Shown: positions 30,921-41,738, counted from the stretch's first letter. The stretch is DNA of 64,000 bases from an uncultured Pseudanabaenaceae cyanobacterium (GCA_937949725.1 CALECT010000017.1:13243-77242); one strand, 5' to 3'. The notes: generated by a model not told the origin, from the sequence alone. Numbers and translations: made by a program.

Positions 30921-32774
30921 TTAACCGCTCAGCAAAGCCTCAATGAACTCATAACTTGAGAAGGGCCGTAAGTCACCAATGCCTTCTCCAGCACCGATAA
31001 AGCGGATGGGCAGTCCCAGTTGCTTCACAACTGCCAGAGCCACGCCACCTCGGGCGGTGCCATCTAGCTTGGTGAGTACAACGCCGCTGAGTTCGGCTGC
31101 CTGGGCGAAGACTTCCGCCTGGCGTAGGCCGTTTTGGCCCAGGGTTGCATCCAGTACCAAAAGGGACTCGACCTTGGCTTCTGGGGCCTTCTTATCGATG
31201 ATGCGGCGAACTTTAGAGAGTTCTGCCATGAGGTTCTTCTTGTTTTGCAGGCGTCCAGCGGTATCGACGAGCAATAACTCAGTGTTGCGGCTGCGGGCAG
31301 CCTCGACTGCGTCATAGACCACAGCTGCGGGGTCAGTGTTTTGGCCGGGGTTGGCAATGACCTCAATGCCGCTCCGTTCTCCCCAGACTTGAACCTGTTG
31401 GACCGCAGCAGCTCGGAAGGTGTCCGCAGCGGCAATTAAGCAGCGATAGTCAGATTTGGTGGCCAGGTGGGCAAGTTTGCCGATGGTGGTGGTTTTGCCC
31501 GCGCCGTTGACCCCGGTCATTAGCCAGATGTTGAGGCGGTCTTTCTCGGGGGCTAGGACCGGCGGGTCGTTTTCGGAAAGGGGGGAGTCGAGCAGCTCTC
31601 GCAAGAGGCGCTTGAGGTAGGCGATCGCCTGGGCGGGCGGCAACACTTCTTCCTTGAGCTTGGCCTGGAGGGACTCAATGATGTAATCCGTGGCATCCAC
31701 GCCCACATCAGCTTGGAGTAGCAGGGATTCGATTTCATCGACGGCATCCTCGTTGAGGGGGCCTTGGCCGACGATGGACTTAAGCTGGTTAATCAGATTG
31801 AGGCGGGTTTTGCCCAATCCTTGGCGCAGGCGCTTAAGCCAGGTGATCTCTTCGGCAGAGATTTGGTCAGCACGTCGGCCTTGGGCAGCCAGGACCTCAG
31901 CGGACCAGATAAAGTCTTCGTCGAAGACAACGCCGGGGCCATAGCCGTCATCAACGTATTCTTCTTCGGGCTCGGGCTCCGGTTCGGGCTCTTCAATTGC
32001 CGTGGCCTGAAGGCGTTCCAGGCGCTCTTCCCGTTCTGCTTCAGCGCGGGCCAGGAAGCTCAGGGCGGGTTCGGGAGCTGCTTTAGGTTCCGGTGCGGCT
32101 TCAGGTTCAGGCGTCGCTTCTGGCTCGGGTGCTGTTTCTGACTCTGAAGTCGTTGCGGGTTCGGGAGTTGCCTCTGATTCAGATGCTTCAGCGGGTTCTG
32201 GCTCGGTTGAGCTAGGTTTGGGAGCAGGCTCGGCGGTGACTTCCTCAACGTCAGCACTTTCGGAAGCTGCAACGGTTGGTTCGGCTGCTTCGGGCTGGCT
32301 CTCTTCTGGCTCGACCGCTACTACGGATTCAGCAATGGCAGGCTCTGAGGCAGTCGCTGCTGTTTCAGTCGCGATCGGCTCGGCAGTGGCGGCAGGATCA
32401 GCTGATGATTCCGCCTCTTCTGCCACGGTCTCAGTGATCTGAGCAGGCTCAGGTTCTTTGGGAGCCGATTCTGGAACCGAGGCTTCTGGTTCAGGACTAT
32501 CTTCTTCTACCGCAGCAACTTCTGGCGCTGACGCCTCGGCTTCTGTCTCGGCAGATTCAGTTTCCGTGGTGCTCTGCTGAGACTTTATATTTTGGAATGC
32601 AGCCTTGGCGAACTCTAGATAATCATCATTATCTTCAGCCTCCTCGCCACTCGTCTCATCAGACTCCGCTGAATCCTGTTCGCCGGTTGCTTTGGACTCA
32701 TCCGCTTTAGGTTCGCTGTCCTTGCCCTTATCGTCATCGGCGTTAAATTTACGGCGAAACCAGTCAAAAGCCAT
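30921..32774 (-). CDS. ftsY: Signal recognition particle receptor FtsY with long acidic N-terminal region
   Basis: GVNGAGKTTTIGKLA, DTFRAAA, DTAGRLQ, TKLDGTARGG. Start MAFDWFRR at ATG 32774. Confidence 0.96.
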   Translation of the reverse strand: MAFDWFRRKFNADDDKGKDSEPKADESKATGEQDSAESDETSGEEAEDNDDYLEFAKAAFQNIKSQQSTTETESAETEAEASAPEVAAVEEDSPEPEASVPESAPKEPEPAQITETVAEEAESSADPAATAEPIATETAATASEPAIAESVVAVEPEESQPEAAEPTVAASESADVEEVTAEPAPKPSSTEPEPAEASESEATPEPATTSESETAPEPEATPEPEAAPEPKAAPEPALSFLARAEAEREERLERLQATAIEEPEPEPEPEEEYVDDGYGPGVVFDEDFIWSAEVLAAQGRRADQISAEEITWLKRLRQGLGKTRLNLINQLKSIVGQGPLNEDAVDEIESLLLQADVGVDATDYIIESLQAKLKEEVLPPAQAIAYLKRLLRELLDSPLSENDPPVLAPEKDRLNIWLMTGVNGAGKTTTIGKLAHLATKSDYRCLIAAADTFRAAAVQQVQVWGERSGIEVIANPGQNTDPAAVVYDAVEAARSRNTELLLVDTAGRLQNKKNLMAELSKVRRIIDKKAPEAKVESLLVLDATLGQNGLRQAEVFAQAAELSGVVLTKLDGTARGGVALAVVKQLGLPIRFIGAGEGIGDLRPFSSYEFIEALLSG

Positions 32775-32866
32775 GGCTGAAAACGAGGAGAGTAAATAGG
32801 GTTTGAAAGTTGAATTTAGGGTGGACGGAGACGCCATCCCCCAAACAGCAATTCAGAGGGGGTCGC

Positions 32867-33508
32867 TTAATCAATCGCAGAGTCAGCGTCGCCGCCTTTT
32901 TGACTATCCACTGCTCGGCGCAGAACGCCATTAATTCGTCGCCGCCCTTCGTCATCACTGTAGCGTTTGGCCAATTCAACTGCGGCGTTAATTGCAACTG
33001 GCGCTGCGAGGCCTAGGTAGGTTGATTCAGCGATCGCCACTCTCAAAATATCCTGGTCAATCGCTGGCAGCCGACTTAAGCGCCAGCCCTCCATGACTCG
33101 GTCCAGAAGGGTATCAATGTCGGCCTTATTGCGCTTTACGCTGCGGGCAATATCCATTGCATAGGACTTGACTTCCACCCGATTGGCCATTTGCAGCATC
33201 TCGGGAATTTCAATCGCCCGCCTAGCACTGTTGATGGCTTTCTCGGTGTAGTCCATGGCCTGGCGCAGCATCTCCGCTGCACTGTTGGCATTGATAGTGG
33301 TGATATCGCTGCTGAGGAGTCGTTCGCTGCCGTTGCTGAGTTCACTAGCGGCTTCTTCTAAGCCATCGCGAGCTTCGCTACCCAGAACCCGAACTGCTGC
33401 GAGGATCATGTCCTCCAAATTGATGTCTTGTCCTTCTTTTACAGCCTTGTTGGGGAGCTGACTCAGGCTCAACAGGGCGAGTTCACGGGAAAGTTGTCGG
33501 GCTTGCAT
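32867..33508 (-). CDS. nusB: Transcription antitermination factor NusB
   Basis: RQLSRELAL, WRLSRLPAIDQDILR, VAINAAVELAKRYS..INGVLR. Confidence 0.93.
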   Translation of the reverse strand: MQARQLSRELALLSLSQLPNKAVKEGQDINLEDMILAAVRVLGSEARDGLEEAASELSNGSERLLSSDITTINANSAAEMLRQAMDYTEKAINSARRAIEIPEMLQMANRVEVKSYAMDIARSVKRNKADIDTLLDRVMEGWRLSRLPAIDQDILRVAIAESTYLGLAAPVAINAAVELAKRYSDDEGRRRINGVLRRAVDSQKGGDADSAID

Positions 33509-33673
33509 GGTGCGGAATCAGATTATGAGTCTGGGGACGAGTTTTCGAGGTTCAGTCGAACAGAGACTGGGATGATGTGCGCTGACTAGGGTCGTTACAG
33601 TGCAACAGCCAAGCTATAGATGGAATAGAGGCTCTGACCTGTGCCTCACTGGTTTGTTAGCCCCTTAAGCAGC

Positions 33674-34495
33674 CTAGGACGGTTCTTCCTCCAAGGGAAG
33701 TGGTTGGAGTTCGCCTTCAGGTGTGGATTTCCGAGTCAATAGTGAATTAATGGGCTGGCTGTTACTGGCTCCCAGAGCATTGACTGCGGGCTGTTTCGGT
33801 GTTCTGCTCGCTGACTCAGTTGCTGTTTCACGCAGTTCGGCATCGCCTGGGGTGACGATCCCCCCAGAAATCAGGACTTTAAAGGCATCTTCAACGGAGA
33901 GTTCAGTGGACACCATTTCGCTTTCTGGAACGATCGCGTACCAGCCCGTGGTGGGATTGGGCGTAGTCGGAATAAAGACACTGGCCATGGCTTGGTTTGC
34001 ATCGGGAGTGAGGCTGCCGGCCACGGTACCTGTGACAAACGCGATCGCCCAAATCCCAGGCCGGGGATACTCCAGCAGCACCACACGACGGAAGCGACTA
34101 TTGGACTTGAGCAGGGTCTCTAGGAGCTGCTTGAGCGTTGTATAAATCGAACCCGCTAGAGGGATTGACTTCAGGGTACGCTCGCCAAAATCCAACAAGA
34201 ATCGCCCGACGATATTGCGAGCCATAAGACCAATGAGCAGCAGGCTCAAAAGGGGCACTGCCAGGCCAACTCCAAGGTTAATGAGATTTCCAAGAAAAGG
34301 GTTGAGCTCGTTGAAGGGATTGAGCTGCTTGGGAATGCTTGTCAGGAAATCCACGACCCACCGGGCAATGGATACCGTTAACCAAATAGTCGTTGCCAGG
34401 GGAATCACGACCAGTAGACCTGCAATAAGGTCGCTTTTAAGGTCTTGCTGAATCCGCTGGATGAGGGGCAGGCGATTGTCGTCAGGCAGAGACAT
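33674..34495 (-). CDS. DUF502 family membrane protein
   Basis: LIAGLLVVIPLATT, IPLAGSIY..KQ, EYPRPG, VFIPTTPNPTTGW. Located upstream of nusB. Confidence 0.88.
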   Translation of the reverse strand: MSLPDDNRLPLIQRIQQDLKSDLIAGLLVVIPLATTIWLTVSIARWVVDFLTSIPKQLNPFNELNPFLGNLINLGVGLAVPLLSLLLIGLMARNIVGRFLLDFGERTLKSIPLAGSIYTTLKQLLETLLKSNSRFRRVVLLEYPRPGIWAIAFVTGTVAGSLTPDANQAMASVFIPTTPNPTTGWYAIVPESEMVSTELSVEDAFKVLISGGIVTPGDAELRETATESASRTPKQPAVNALGASNSQPINSLLTRKSTPEGELQPLPLEEEPS

Positions 34496-34774
34496 TGAGG
34501 CAGGGACCAAACGGGATGCGAATTAATTGCTGCTGACTCGAAGTTGAGTTCAAGGCAATTAAGTTGTGAATTGACAAACAATTTCTCAGGGCCAAGGCTA
34601 GCCAATTAAGGCTGTTGGCTGGATTGAGAATTATTAACCAATTATCTCAGTTTCAGGAGGATTCTGAAAGGTTTGTATTCGATAGGGCAGTTCTAGCTCC
34701 TGTTAGGGTTACCTGCTGTCTCAAATTAATTCATCTCCATCCTGCCCTGGGCAAACATTGCCCCGGAGCTCTGG

Positions 34775-35737
34775 CTAAGACTGGGCAGTGGCGTAGTCTT
34801 GTTGTGATTCTCTAGGCTGTCCTTCCAGGGCTCCTGGGGACTGAATGTTCTGAGCAACCTTCTCTGTCGCTGCTGGCCCATATATCTCTGCATAGGGCTG
34901 CGTTTCAATTTCCCAGGCCTTGAGCAAAATCAAATATTCGTAGAACATTTGCAAGACACACCAGCGGAAGCCCGCGCGCCCGTCCAGCCAGCCCCCTAAG
35001 AAAACGTACATGTAGATAAAGCGAGCCAAGGGCCGCAGAGGGACATGCTGGGAGAGGTTCTTGAGGGCATGGCGACGCTCCACCTCCGTCTTGCCAAAGA
35101 ACAGGTCTTTCCAGTCGACGCTACCTGCTTGGCGCTGACTAATCGTTTCCAGGGCCTCATCGCTGGAGTAGCGATTATGCTTGTCGATCCAGCGGCTCAG
35201 GCCCTTACCCGAGGTGTAGTGGGGATAGGTGGCTTTGAGGAATCCGGTGGGGCCTTCGCAGACCTCCCGCTCGGTGTGGCCGTAGTCCGTAAACCACACC
35301 TTCTCGCGATTGAGCAGGCGCATTTGGTAGCGCGGATACTGGGTGCTGTGGCGAATCCAGCTGCCCATAAACATGACGCGTTCGGCGGCAAAGTAGCCCA
35401 CAGGAGACTTCTCGGGAGCCGCTTGGCTAGCGGTTACAGCTTCGCGGCATTCCTCGTGCAGCTCAGGCGTCATACGCTCATCGGCTTCGAGGATATAGGC
35501 CCATTGATATTTGGCTAGGTCGGACTGGAGCATCCAGGTGCGCTGTTTACCGTGGCTCTCGAAGGCATGTTCCACGAGGCGGACGGGGTAGCGCTGGGAG
35601 AGTTCTTCGACGATCGCCCCGGTGCGATCGCTACTACAGGAATCCACCACAATGATGTCGTCACAGGGCAGGGCGGATTCAACACAGGCGGCGATGTCTC
35701 GCTCTTCGTTGTAGGTCAGGATAAAGATCGAGAACAT
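34775..35737 (-). CDS. Glycosyltransferase family 2 (HpsK-like by position downstream of hpsJ)
   Basis: FSIFILTYNEE, VVDSCSSDRT, LEADE. Adjacent to an HpsJ-like gene. Confidence 0.85.
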   Translation of the reverse strand: MFSIFILTYNEERDIAACVESALPCDDIIVVDSCSSDRTGAIVEELSQRYPVRLVEHAFESHGKQRTWMLQSDLAKYQWAYILEADERMTPELHEECREAVTASQAAPEKSPVGYFAAERVMFMGSWIRHSTQYPRYQMRLLNREKVWFTDYGHTEREVCEGPTGFLKATYPHYTSGKGLSRWIDKHNRYSSDEALETISQRQAGSVDWKDLFFGKTEVERRHALKNLSQHVPLRPLARFIYMYVFLGGWLDGRAGFRWCVLQMFYEYLILLKAWEIETQPYAEIYGPAATEKVAQNIQSPGALEGQPRESQQDYATAQS

Positions 35738-35888
35738 GGAAGGTGAATCTGCTCCAGCGTGAAGTCTCAGCGATATAGATATCTCCCGACGTCTACTTAG
35801 GTTGCCCTAAATGGCGGTCTGAGAGACAACAATGGGTACAGCTTTAAGTCCTGCCAGGACTTGGCTATTTCCCTTTGAATGAACCAAT

Positions 35889-35919
35889 AAAAAAGCCGAT
35901 GGGTCACTCCCCATCGGCT
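35889..35919 (-). terminator. Intrinsic terminator after hpsJ-like gene
   Basis: AGCCGATGGG-N6-CCCATCGGCT followed by a T-run on the minus strand. Confidence 0.7.
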
Positions 35920-35974
35920 GCTCATTTCAAATTGGTTTCCGTTCTCCAGGAAAGGGCTGTTGACAGGCCTTGGC

Positions 35975-36721
35975 CTAGGCGGCCTTCAGTCCGGTCCAGC
36001 TCAATAGTGCGTAGGCGATCGCCAATAACAAACTGCTCAACACGGTTCGAGAGCTAGCTTTCCAAGCACCGCGACTTGCATCCTTGGTCGCTTCTTCCTT
36101 GCGGGTAGTGATTTCAGTGCTCAGGCGATCCGTTTCTTTCTTGGCTTCTTCTTGAAGGTAAGACTCCACAGAGCTAGGGTCAGATTTGAACCCCTGAAGT
36201 AAGGCGACTTGCTCTCCCTCGAGCTGACCGCTTGCGATGGCTTCTTCTAACAGCTTTTGATTTTGTAGCAGAGCTTGGATACGGGTCCGCTCTTGCTGGA
36301 GCTGATTCTCAACCGCTTGACCGAGTTCATTCTGAGCGCGGGTCGCCTGCTCGTTGATACCTTCTAGGGAGGTGTTCTTCTGCACCCGCACGTTGTTGAA
36401 ATGCAATGGCACGATCAACAAGAACAAGAGGCTTAGCAGTCCAGCGATCCCCATGGAGCCTAAACGGGCCGCATTGGTGATGCTGCTTTGGCGACCCCCT
36501 TCAACTTCCGTTTGAATCCAGCCCCCCAGCAACAGAAAAGTAATGCCCACCAATGGGACAATGCCGCGATCCACAAACTGGCTAGCTAAATTGACTTGTT
36601 GGGCGCGATTGGAAAAATCGGGTGGAATCAAAAGCACGAAATAATCCACAAGGGCTGAAAGAATCAGCACAAGGCCTGCAATAAGCAGGGTGCGAGAGGC
36701 CAAGGGGGAAGCAGCTTTCAT
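35975..36721 (-). CDS. hpsJ: HpsJ-family membrane protein (cyanobacterial motility polysaccharide locus)
   Basis: Three N-terminal TM segments with FVDRGIVPLVG, LLFLLIVPLH.NN, coiled coil, C-terminal TM ending SSLLLAIAY..WTGL. Confidence 0.75.
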   Translation of the reverse strand: MKAASPLASRTLLIAGLVLILSALVDYFVLLIPPDFSNRAQQVNLASQFVDRGIVPLVGITFLLLGGWIQTEVEGGRQSSITNAARLGSMGIAGLLSLLFLLIVPLHFNNVRVQKNTSLEGINEQATRAQNELGQAVENQLQQERTRIQALLQNQKLLEEAIASGQLEGEQVALLQGFKSDPSSVESYLQEEAKKETDRLSTEITTRKEEATKDASRGAWKASSRTVLSSLLLAIAYALLSWTGLKAA

Positions 36722-37100
36722 GGGATAAGGAGGTCGGTTATGAACAGCGATCTAGGCTGGTTGCTGGGGCTGGCAATTCTAGGGAATAGGATATTCCGCT
36801 TGAGCAGAGAAAAATCTGTCGCCCCTGATGTTACCCCGCAGGTCAACCAATTGAGTAAATTGGCGAATTGCTGCGTTAGGAGGGCAAGTCATGGGCCGGA
36901 TAGATCCGTGCTCCTGGATTGTTTGAGCGTAGCAAATTCTACATTAGCTACTCGCCCATTCTCACCAGGGTCCGGAATCCTTGAGAAAAACCGTGGAATC
37001 AACCAGGCCCATGATGCCTCTCTCAGAATGTGAAGAGCTGCGCCTATGTATTCCTTGGGTTGCCTGACTGCCAGCTGACCTTCACCTCAGAATTCATCCC

Positions 37101-37826
37101 ATGACTGCTGCCCCCATTGTTGAAGTTTTAAGCGATCGCCCCGCCCTCGTGGCCCGAGCGGCAGATTTAGTCGAGGCAAAAATCAAACAAGCCGTTAAAG
37201 AACGAGGCTTTTGCAGCCTGGTGCTCTCTGGAGGAAGTACGCCGAGGCCCCTCTACGAAGAATTGGCACGGCGACCCCTGCCCCTCGCTCAGCTCCATTT
37301 GTTCTTTGGAGATGAGCGCTACGTGGCTCCGGACCACCGCGATAGCAACTACCGCATGGTGCGATTGGCTTGGCTGGAACCTGCCGGTTTCCCTGTGGCC
37401 AATGTCCATGCCATGAACACCGACGCCCCGGAGCCTGCCCAGGCTGCCGAAGCCCATGAGCAAATGCTCAAGCGGGTTTTGCCCGACGCGGAGAGTACGA
37501 CGCCCCAATTCGATATTGTCCTGCTAGGCATGGGGGATGACGGCCATACGGCGTCGCTATTTCCAGGGACAGATGCCCTGGGAGTGAGCGATCGCTGGGT
37601 GACGGTGGGGTACAAGGGAACTGATCCACGATTGACCCTAACCCTGCCCTTGCTAAATAAAGCCCGAACAGTGATGTTTTTGGTTGCAGGGGCCAGCAAG
37701 CAAGAAGCCCTGGCCCAAGTCTTTTCCGAAACAGCGGATGGCCAAAATTATCCAGCGAAGCTCATTCAACCGATAGGAGAACTTTGCTGGCTGATGGATC
37801 GGGATGCAGGCAAAAACTTTGCGTAG
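37101..37826 (+). CDS. pgl: 6-phosphogluconolactonase
   Basis: LSGGSTP, FGDERYV..DSNY, LLGMGDDGHTASLFPG. Confidence 0.95.
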   Translation: MTAAPIVEVLSDRPALVARAADLVEAKIKQAVKERGFCSLVLSGGSTPRPLYEELARRPLPLAQLHLFFGDERYVAPDHRDSNYRMVRLAWLEPAGFPVANVHAMNTDAPEPAQAAEAHEQMLKRVLPDAESTTPQFDIVLLGMGDDGHTASLFPGTDALGVSDRWVTVGYKGTDPRLTLTLPLLNKARTVMFLVAGASKQEALAQVFSETADGQNYPAKLIQPIGELCWLMDRDAGKNFA

Positions 37827-37882
37827 GCATTTGGATGGGCCTACTATTGAAGTCGAGCTGAGTCTTGGCTATGTCATCGTCT

Positions 37883-37946
37883 CATATGACCTAACAGAGC
37901 TCCCACGAAAGCTCTGTTAGGTCATATGTATATGATTTAACAGAGT
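37883..37946. repeat. 19-bp inverted repeat after pgl plus a third degenerate direct copy
   Basis: CATATGACCTAACAGAGCT-N8-AGCTCTGTTAGGTCATATG, then TATATGATTTAACAGAG. Confidence 0.75.
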
Positions 37947-38310
37947 CATTTCTATCTGAAAGCTAAAAGTCTATGCAGGTTGCGAAAGCTGCAAAGTGAC
38001 TTTTACAACCTTCGTCGCCCCCTGTGCTTGAGGCACCTGCTGTAACGCTCTCGTTATGTTGCAGTAGACGGTGTCGGCTATTTTTCTCTACTCTGGAATA
38101 AAAATCAGTCGCTATGATGGTGTCGATTTTCCACCGCAATATTTTATTCAGTGGGAATTTGGGGAACTATAGCGGTGGAGTCAAGTCGGAACGGCTTTTT
38201 CTGTCTGACCTGTTCCCTGCCATGCTCGTTGTTCAACTGCAAGAGTTCTGCTGCGAGGCGTCTGGCCCATAAGACAGCGCTCAACGCAGTTTCAGCTAAG
38301 CCGAATTGAT

Positions 38311-39084
38311 ATGATTGTTTGCCCGAATTGCGACCATCACAACCCTGAAGGGGCCTCCCAATGTGAGGCTTGCTATACGCCTTTGCCAGAGATGATGCCC
38401 TGCTCTAATTGCGGTGCTCAAGTCCAGGTGGATGCTAACTTTTGCGGTCAATGTGGCTCTAACATTCAGCCCACGGGTGAAGCATTACCCACTGCCATGG
38501 AAGCACCTCCAATCTCTGGCTCAGTTCCACCTTCTTTCCCTGTCACAGGCATAGAGGAGGCTGCTCAGGCTTCCGCAGAAGCCTCGGCTGACCTGGATGC
38601 AGCGCTCGGAGAGAACTTCAATGCAGAGCTAGATTTTGAAGCCAACTTAGAGGCGGCCTTGGAAGCTTCTGCCGAAAGTAGCCCCGATGCGGCCGTGGCT
38701 GAGCTAGAGGCGGAGCCTGCGCCCCAGGCCAGCAGTTCCCAAACGCAGCTTCAGCGACCCCTTGCTAAAATGCTCCACATTCGCAGCAATGTGACAGTTG
38801 ATCTTCCAGAATCTCTGAGTGTGGTTCATCTAGGTAAGGCCAACGATCGCATTCCGCCGGATATTGATGTCTCTGGCTTCCCTGACTCGGAGGTTGTTTC
38901 CCGCGTCCATGCGGACATTCGCGTGGAGGGTGATGCCTACTATATTGAAGACCTGGGTAGCTCGAATGGTACCTATGTCAACAATTTACCGTTGGTTCCT
39001 GGGAATCGTCACCGCTTGAGAGTGGGCGATCGCATCTCCTTGGGGAAAGGCGACCTCGTGACATTTTTATTCCAGGTTGCTTAG
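38311..39084 (+). CDS. Double zinc-ribbon + FHA domain protein (FraH-like architecture)
   Basis: CPNC..CEAC..CSNC..CGQC and FHA VSRVHA..DLGSSNGTYVN. Confidence 0.88.
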   Translation: MIVCPNCDHHNPEGASQCEACYTPLPEMMPCSNCGAQVQVDANFCGQCGSNIQPTGEALPTAMEAPPISGSVPPSFPVTGIEEAAQASAEASADLDAALGENFNAELDFEANLEAALEASAESSPDAAVAELEAEPAPQASSSQTQLQRPLAKMLHIRSNVTVDLPESLSVVHLGKANDRIPPDIDVSGFPDSEVVSRVHADIRVEGDAYYIEDLGSSNGTYVNNLPLVPGNRHRLRVGDRISLGKGDLVTFLFQVA

Positions 39085-39363
39085 AGCACTATGGTGCGAT
39101 GGGTATATTGAGTTCAGATTACATTTAGCATCATCATCGCTTCTGTTTTGGCCGTTCTGCCCGTAGGCCTTCGTTGTCTCGGTTAACCTAATTTCAGTCA
39201 TTCCTGGCTTGATGTAAGGACTTATAACCGTCAACATTGCTTCATTGGGGTTGCGCTGTCGCTCAGACTCAAAAACAAACCAAGTCCTTCCTTTGGGAAT
39301 AGTTGCTTGGGAGCCAGCTTAGGTTGGTTGTCCGTATCTGCATTTGTCTACCGTGCGATTCCT

Positions 39364-39735
39364 GTGATTACTCTGACTCTCTTGCATCCGCTTCAGTCAA
39401 CGCCAGTCCAATCCTGGACGTTTGAGCAGGATTCGGTAGTGCGCATTGGCCGTGCTGCGGATAACCAAGTGGTTTTGTACAGCGCTGTTGTGTCTCGCCA
39501 CCATGTGGAGGTCCAGGCAGCAGATTCTGGCTGGCGCGTGGTTAATTTGGGAACCAATGGCACCTATGTCAGCGGCAAACGGGTGGAAGAGTACAACGTT
39601 GAAGATGGCATGGTGATTCGCCTGGCCCGCTCTGGCCCCATGATTCAAATCCGTATGGGTCCTGCTCCCACGGGGGCTCAGGGTGAAGAGGCTTTCCGCG
39701 TTGCCCAGGAGCAAGCTGAGCAGATGGGAGGGTAG
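39364..39735 (+). CDS. Small FHA domain protein
   Basis: ITLTLLHP..QSWTFE..IGRAADN..VSRHH..GTNGTY. GTG 39364 is the likely start. Confidence 0.85.
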   Translation: MITLTLLHPLQSTPVQSWTFEQDSVVRIGRAADNQVVLYSAVVSRHHVEVQAADSGWRVVNLGTNGTYVSGKRVEEYNVEDGMVIRLARSGPMIQIRMGPAPTGAQGEEAFRVAQEQAEQMGG

Positions 39736-40260
39736 CCCTGCCTCTAAGAATGGTTTGGCGATGGCTCAATCTATTCGCAACTGAAGGATTTGTTATGGCG
39801 GGATGCTCTTTGAAAGGGGATCCCGCCATTTGTTTGTGGAGCGCATTGGCATAATGTTCGGGCTCCCTCCTTGCCTAATTCGGTTCCGAGCAATGTCCAA
39901 GGGGCCATACCCCTAGAAAGTTTTTGCGGTGTTGTTTGTTTTGGGGATCGTAGGACTGCTGCTGGCAGTGGGTGGTGGTCGGCTGAGAGAGATGTTACTG
40001 GACTAAGTCCCATAGATGGCAATCGCTGAAGTGACTGCTGCAAAAGACATTGCGCGGATGGCGGAGCTACTAACGGGATCGAACTCTCAGGGGGGGATGA
40101 ACTTTTGTACCGTTTTGGCTCTATCGCCCGTGTCAAATTTCGATCAAGCGTCTATCCTTTAGTCCAGCTTTTTCCGAGCCCCCGGCAGAAGCTGAGTGCA
40201 GGCCCTCGGCTCACTCTCGTAAATGCTAATCCCGGCCCAAAGGTGCTGATATTTGTCGCC

Positions 40261-41595
40261 ATGGTTAAACCACAATCTTCTTGCTTCCGGTCTTTTGCTG
40301 CTCAGCCCAAATCTTCCTGTGGGGAAGTAGATGTAACTGGGCTGGCTAGCGTGATCTCCTCTGGGAATCACGCTAGGTCTTTTTCCAAAGCAAGGCGCTT
40401 GGGTTCAGCCTTGGGGCGTAAGGCTAGTCCGTTAGCGGCGGCATGGGTGATGGCGATCGCCACGGCAGCAGCAATCTCGACAGCGACCCCTGCAATGTCA
40501 GCTGGCATTGGTGACTGGAGCTATAGCCCTGAAACGGGGGCGATCGGGTTTGCCCTGGATAGTGCTGCAAAGCCGAAGTACTTCCTCATGGCAAACCCCA
40601 TGCGGATTGTGGTGGATCTGCCCGGAGCAGCTGTGAATCCTAAAGCTTTGGAGGCTCAATCCGGTGGCGTCTTCACCAATATCCGAGCTTCCCAGACGAC
40701 CGCAGGCAAGACCCGTTTGGTGTTGCAACTTGCACCTGGAACCGTTCTTCAGCCTGGCCAGGTTGAATTGACTGCCCTGGGCGAAGGCCGTTGGTCTCTC
40801 CAGCCCCTGCTAGCCGATGGTTTTGAGCCTCCTGAATTTATGCCTGGAGGGGCTACTGAGGTAGCGGTATTGCCAAATATCGATGGGCCGATCGAAGAGC
40901 CTGAGTTTTCTCTCCCTTCTCTGGAAGCGATGGAAGCGGCTGCGGCTGAGCCCGAAGAAGGTTTTGTCTCCATGGAAGAGACCTTGGCGCTTCAGCGCTC
41001 CCAAGGTATGGCTCCCGCTCCCGTTGCCGTCCCCCAAGGGGTTGTGCCTGTGGCGGATAGTTCTGTGGAGTGGGGCAGCAGTCAGTTGCCGCCTGTTCCG
41101 ACGAATATCGCCCCCCAAAGCTTGGCGAGCGCTCCAGCTCTCCAGGCGGTTCCCCAACCAGTTTTCCAGGCCACGCCAGAGGCTGCTTTCTTGCCCCAGC
41201 TACCCCAACCTCGCCTAGGCCAAGCGCCCCTCGCGTTCAATCCCCCGGCAAACGCTTCCCTCGTGGATCCAGCTCAGATTGTCGATACGCGTCAACTGCG
41301 TGAACCGACTGTTTCTGTGAGTTCTCGTCCTCCTGCAGCGGTTGAGCCTGTGATTGATCCCAAGCTTTTATCCTTAGATGAGCAGCAGCAGTCTGCTGCT
41401 GCCTTGGGTGGCCAAACTGGACTGGTAATCAATCGCAACTTTGCTCCAGCAGCCCGACGCTCTGTAGCTCCTCAATCTCAGGTAGCTGTTCCGGTGGTGG
41501 CACCAAAGCCGGTTGCGCCCGAGCCTACGGTGACGGATGAATCAGTACCGTTCTTGGTTGAATTTGGTGCGCCTTTACCTGGGGTGGGCCAGTAG
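40261..41595 (+). CDS. Secreted AMIN-domain protein with Pro-rich tail; start uncertain
   Basis: Signal-like hydrophobic stretch, AMIN motif PKYFLMANPMRIVVDLP..IRASQ..TRLVLQL, C-terminal VEFGAPLP. Confidence 0.75.
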   Translation: MVKPQSSCFRSFAAQPKSSCGEVDVTGLASVISSGNHARSFSKARRLGSALGRKASPLAAAWVMAIATAAAISTATPAMSAGIGDWSYSPETGAIGFALDSAAKPKYFLMANPMRIVVDLPGAAVNPKALEAQSGGVFTNIRASQTTAGKTRLVLQLAPGTVLQPGQVELTALGEGRWSLQPLLADGFEPPEFMPGGATEVAVLPNIDGPIEEPEFSLPSLEAMEAAAAEPEEGFVSMEETLALQRSQGMAPAPVAVPQGVVPVADSSVEWGSSQLPPVPTNIAPQSLASAPALQAVPQPVFQATPEAAFLPQLPQPRLGQAPLAFNPPANASLVDPAQIVDTRQLREPTVSVSSRPPAAVEPVIDPKLLSLDEQQQSAAALGGQTGLVINRNFAPAARRSVAPQSQVAVPVVAPKPVAPEPTVTDESVPFLVEFGAPLPGVGQ

Positions 41596-41633
41596 TTCTG
41601 TGAGCAAGGCTTGATGTGAGCCTAGCGGAAAGT

Positions 41634-41681
41634 CAAAAGTCCCAATGCAGCCTCAGATAAGCAGCATTGGGACTTTTGTTT
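41634..41681 (+). terminator. Terminator hairpin after AMIN gene
   Basis: CAAAAGTCCCAATGC-N15-GCATTGGGACTTTTG followed by TTT. Confidence 0.7.
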
Positions 41682-41738
41682 ATAGAGTTGTCTTCTCGTA
41701 CCAAATCCTAATTGCTGACACGCGAATCTCTCCTCTGC

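Noticed and set aside
31960..32700. PEPE/EA repeats in the FtsY N-terminus as a novel repeat element
   Set aside because: Long acidic low-complexity N-terminal regions are a known FtsY feature.
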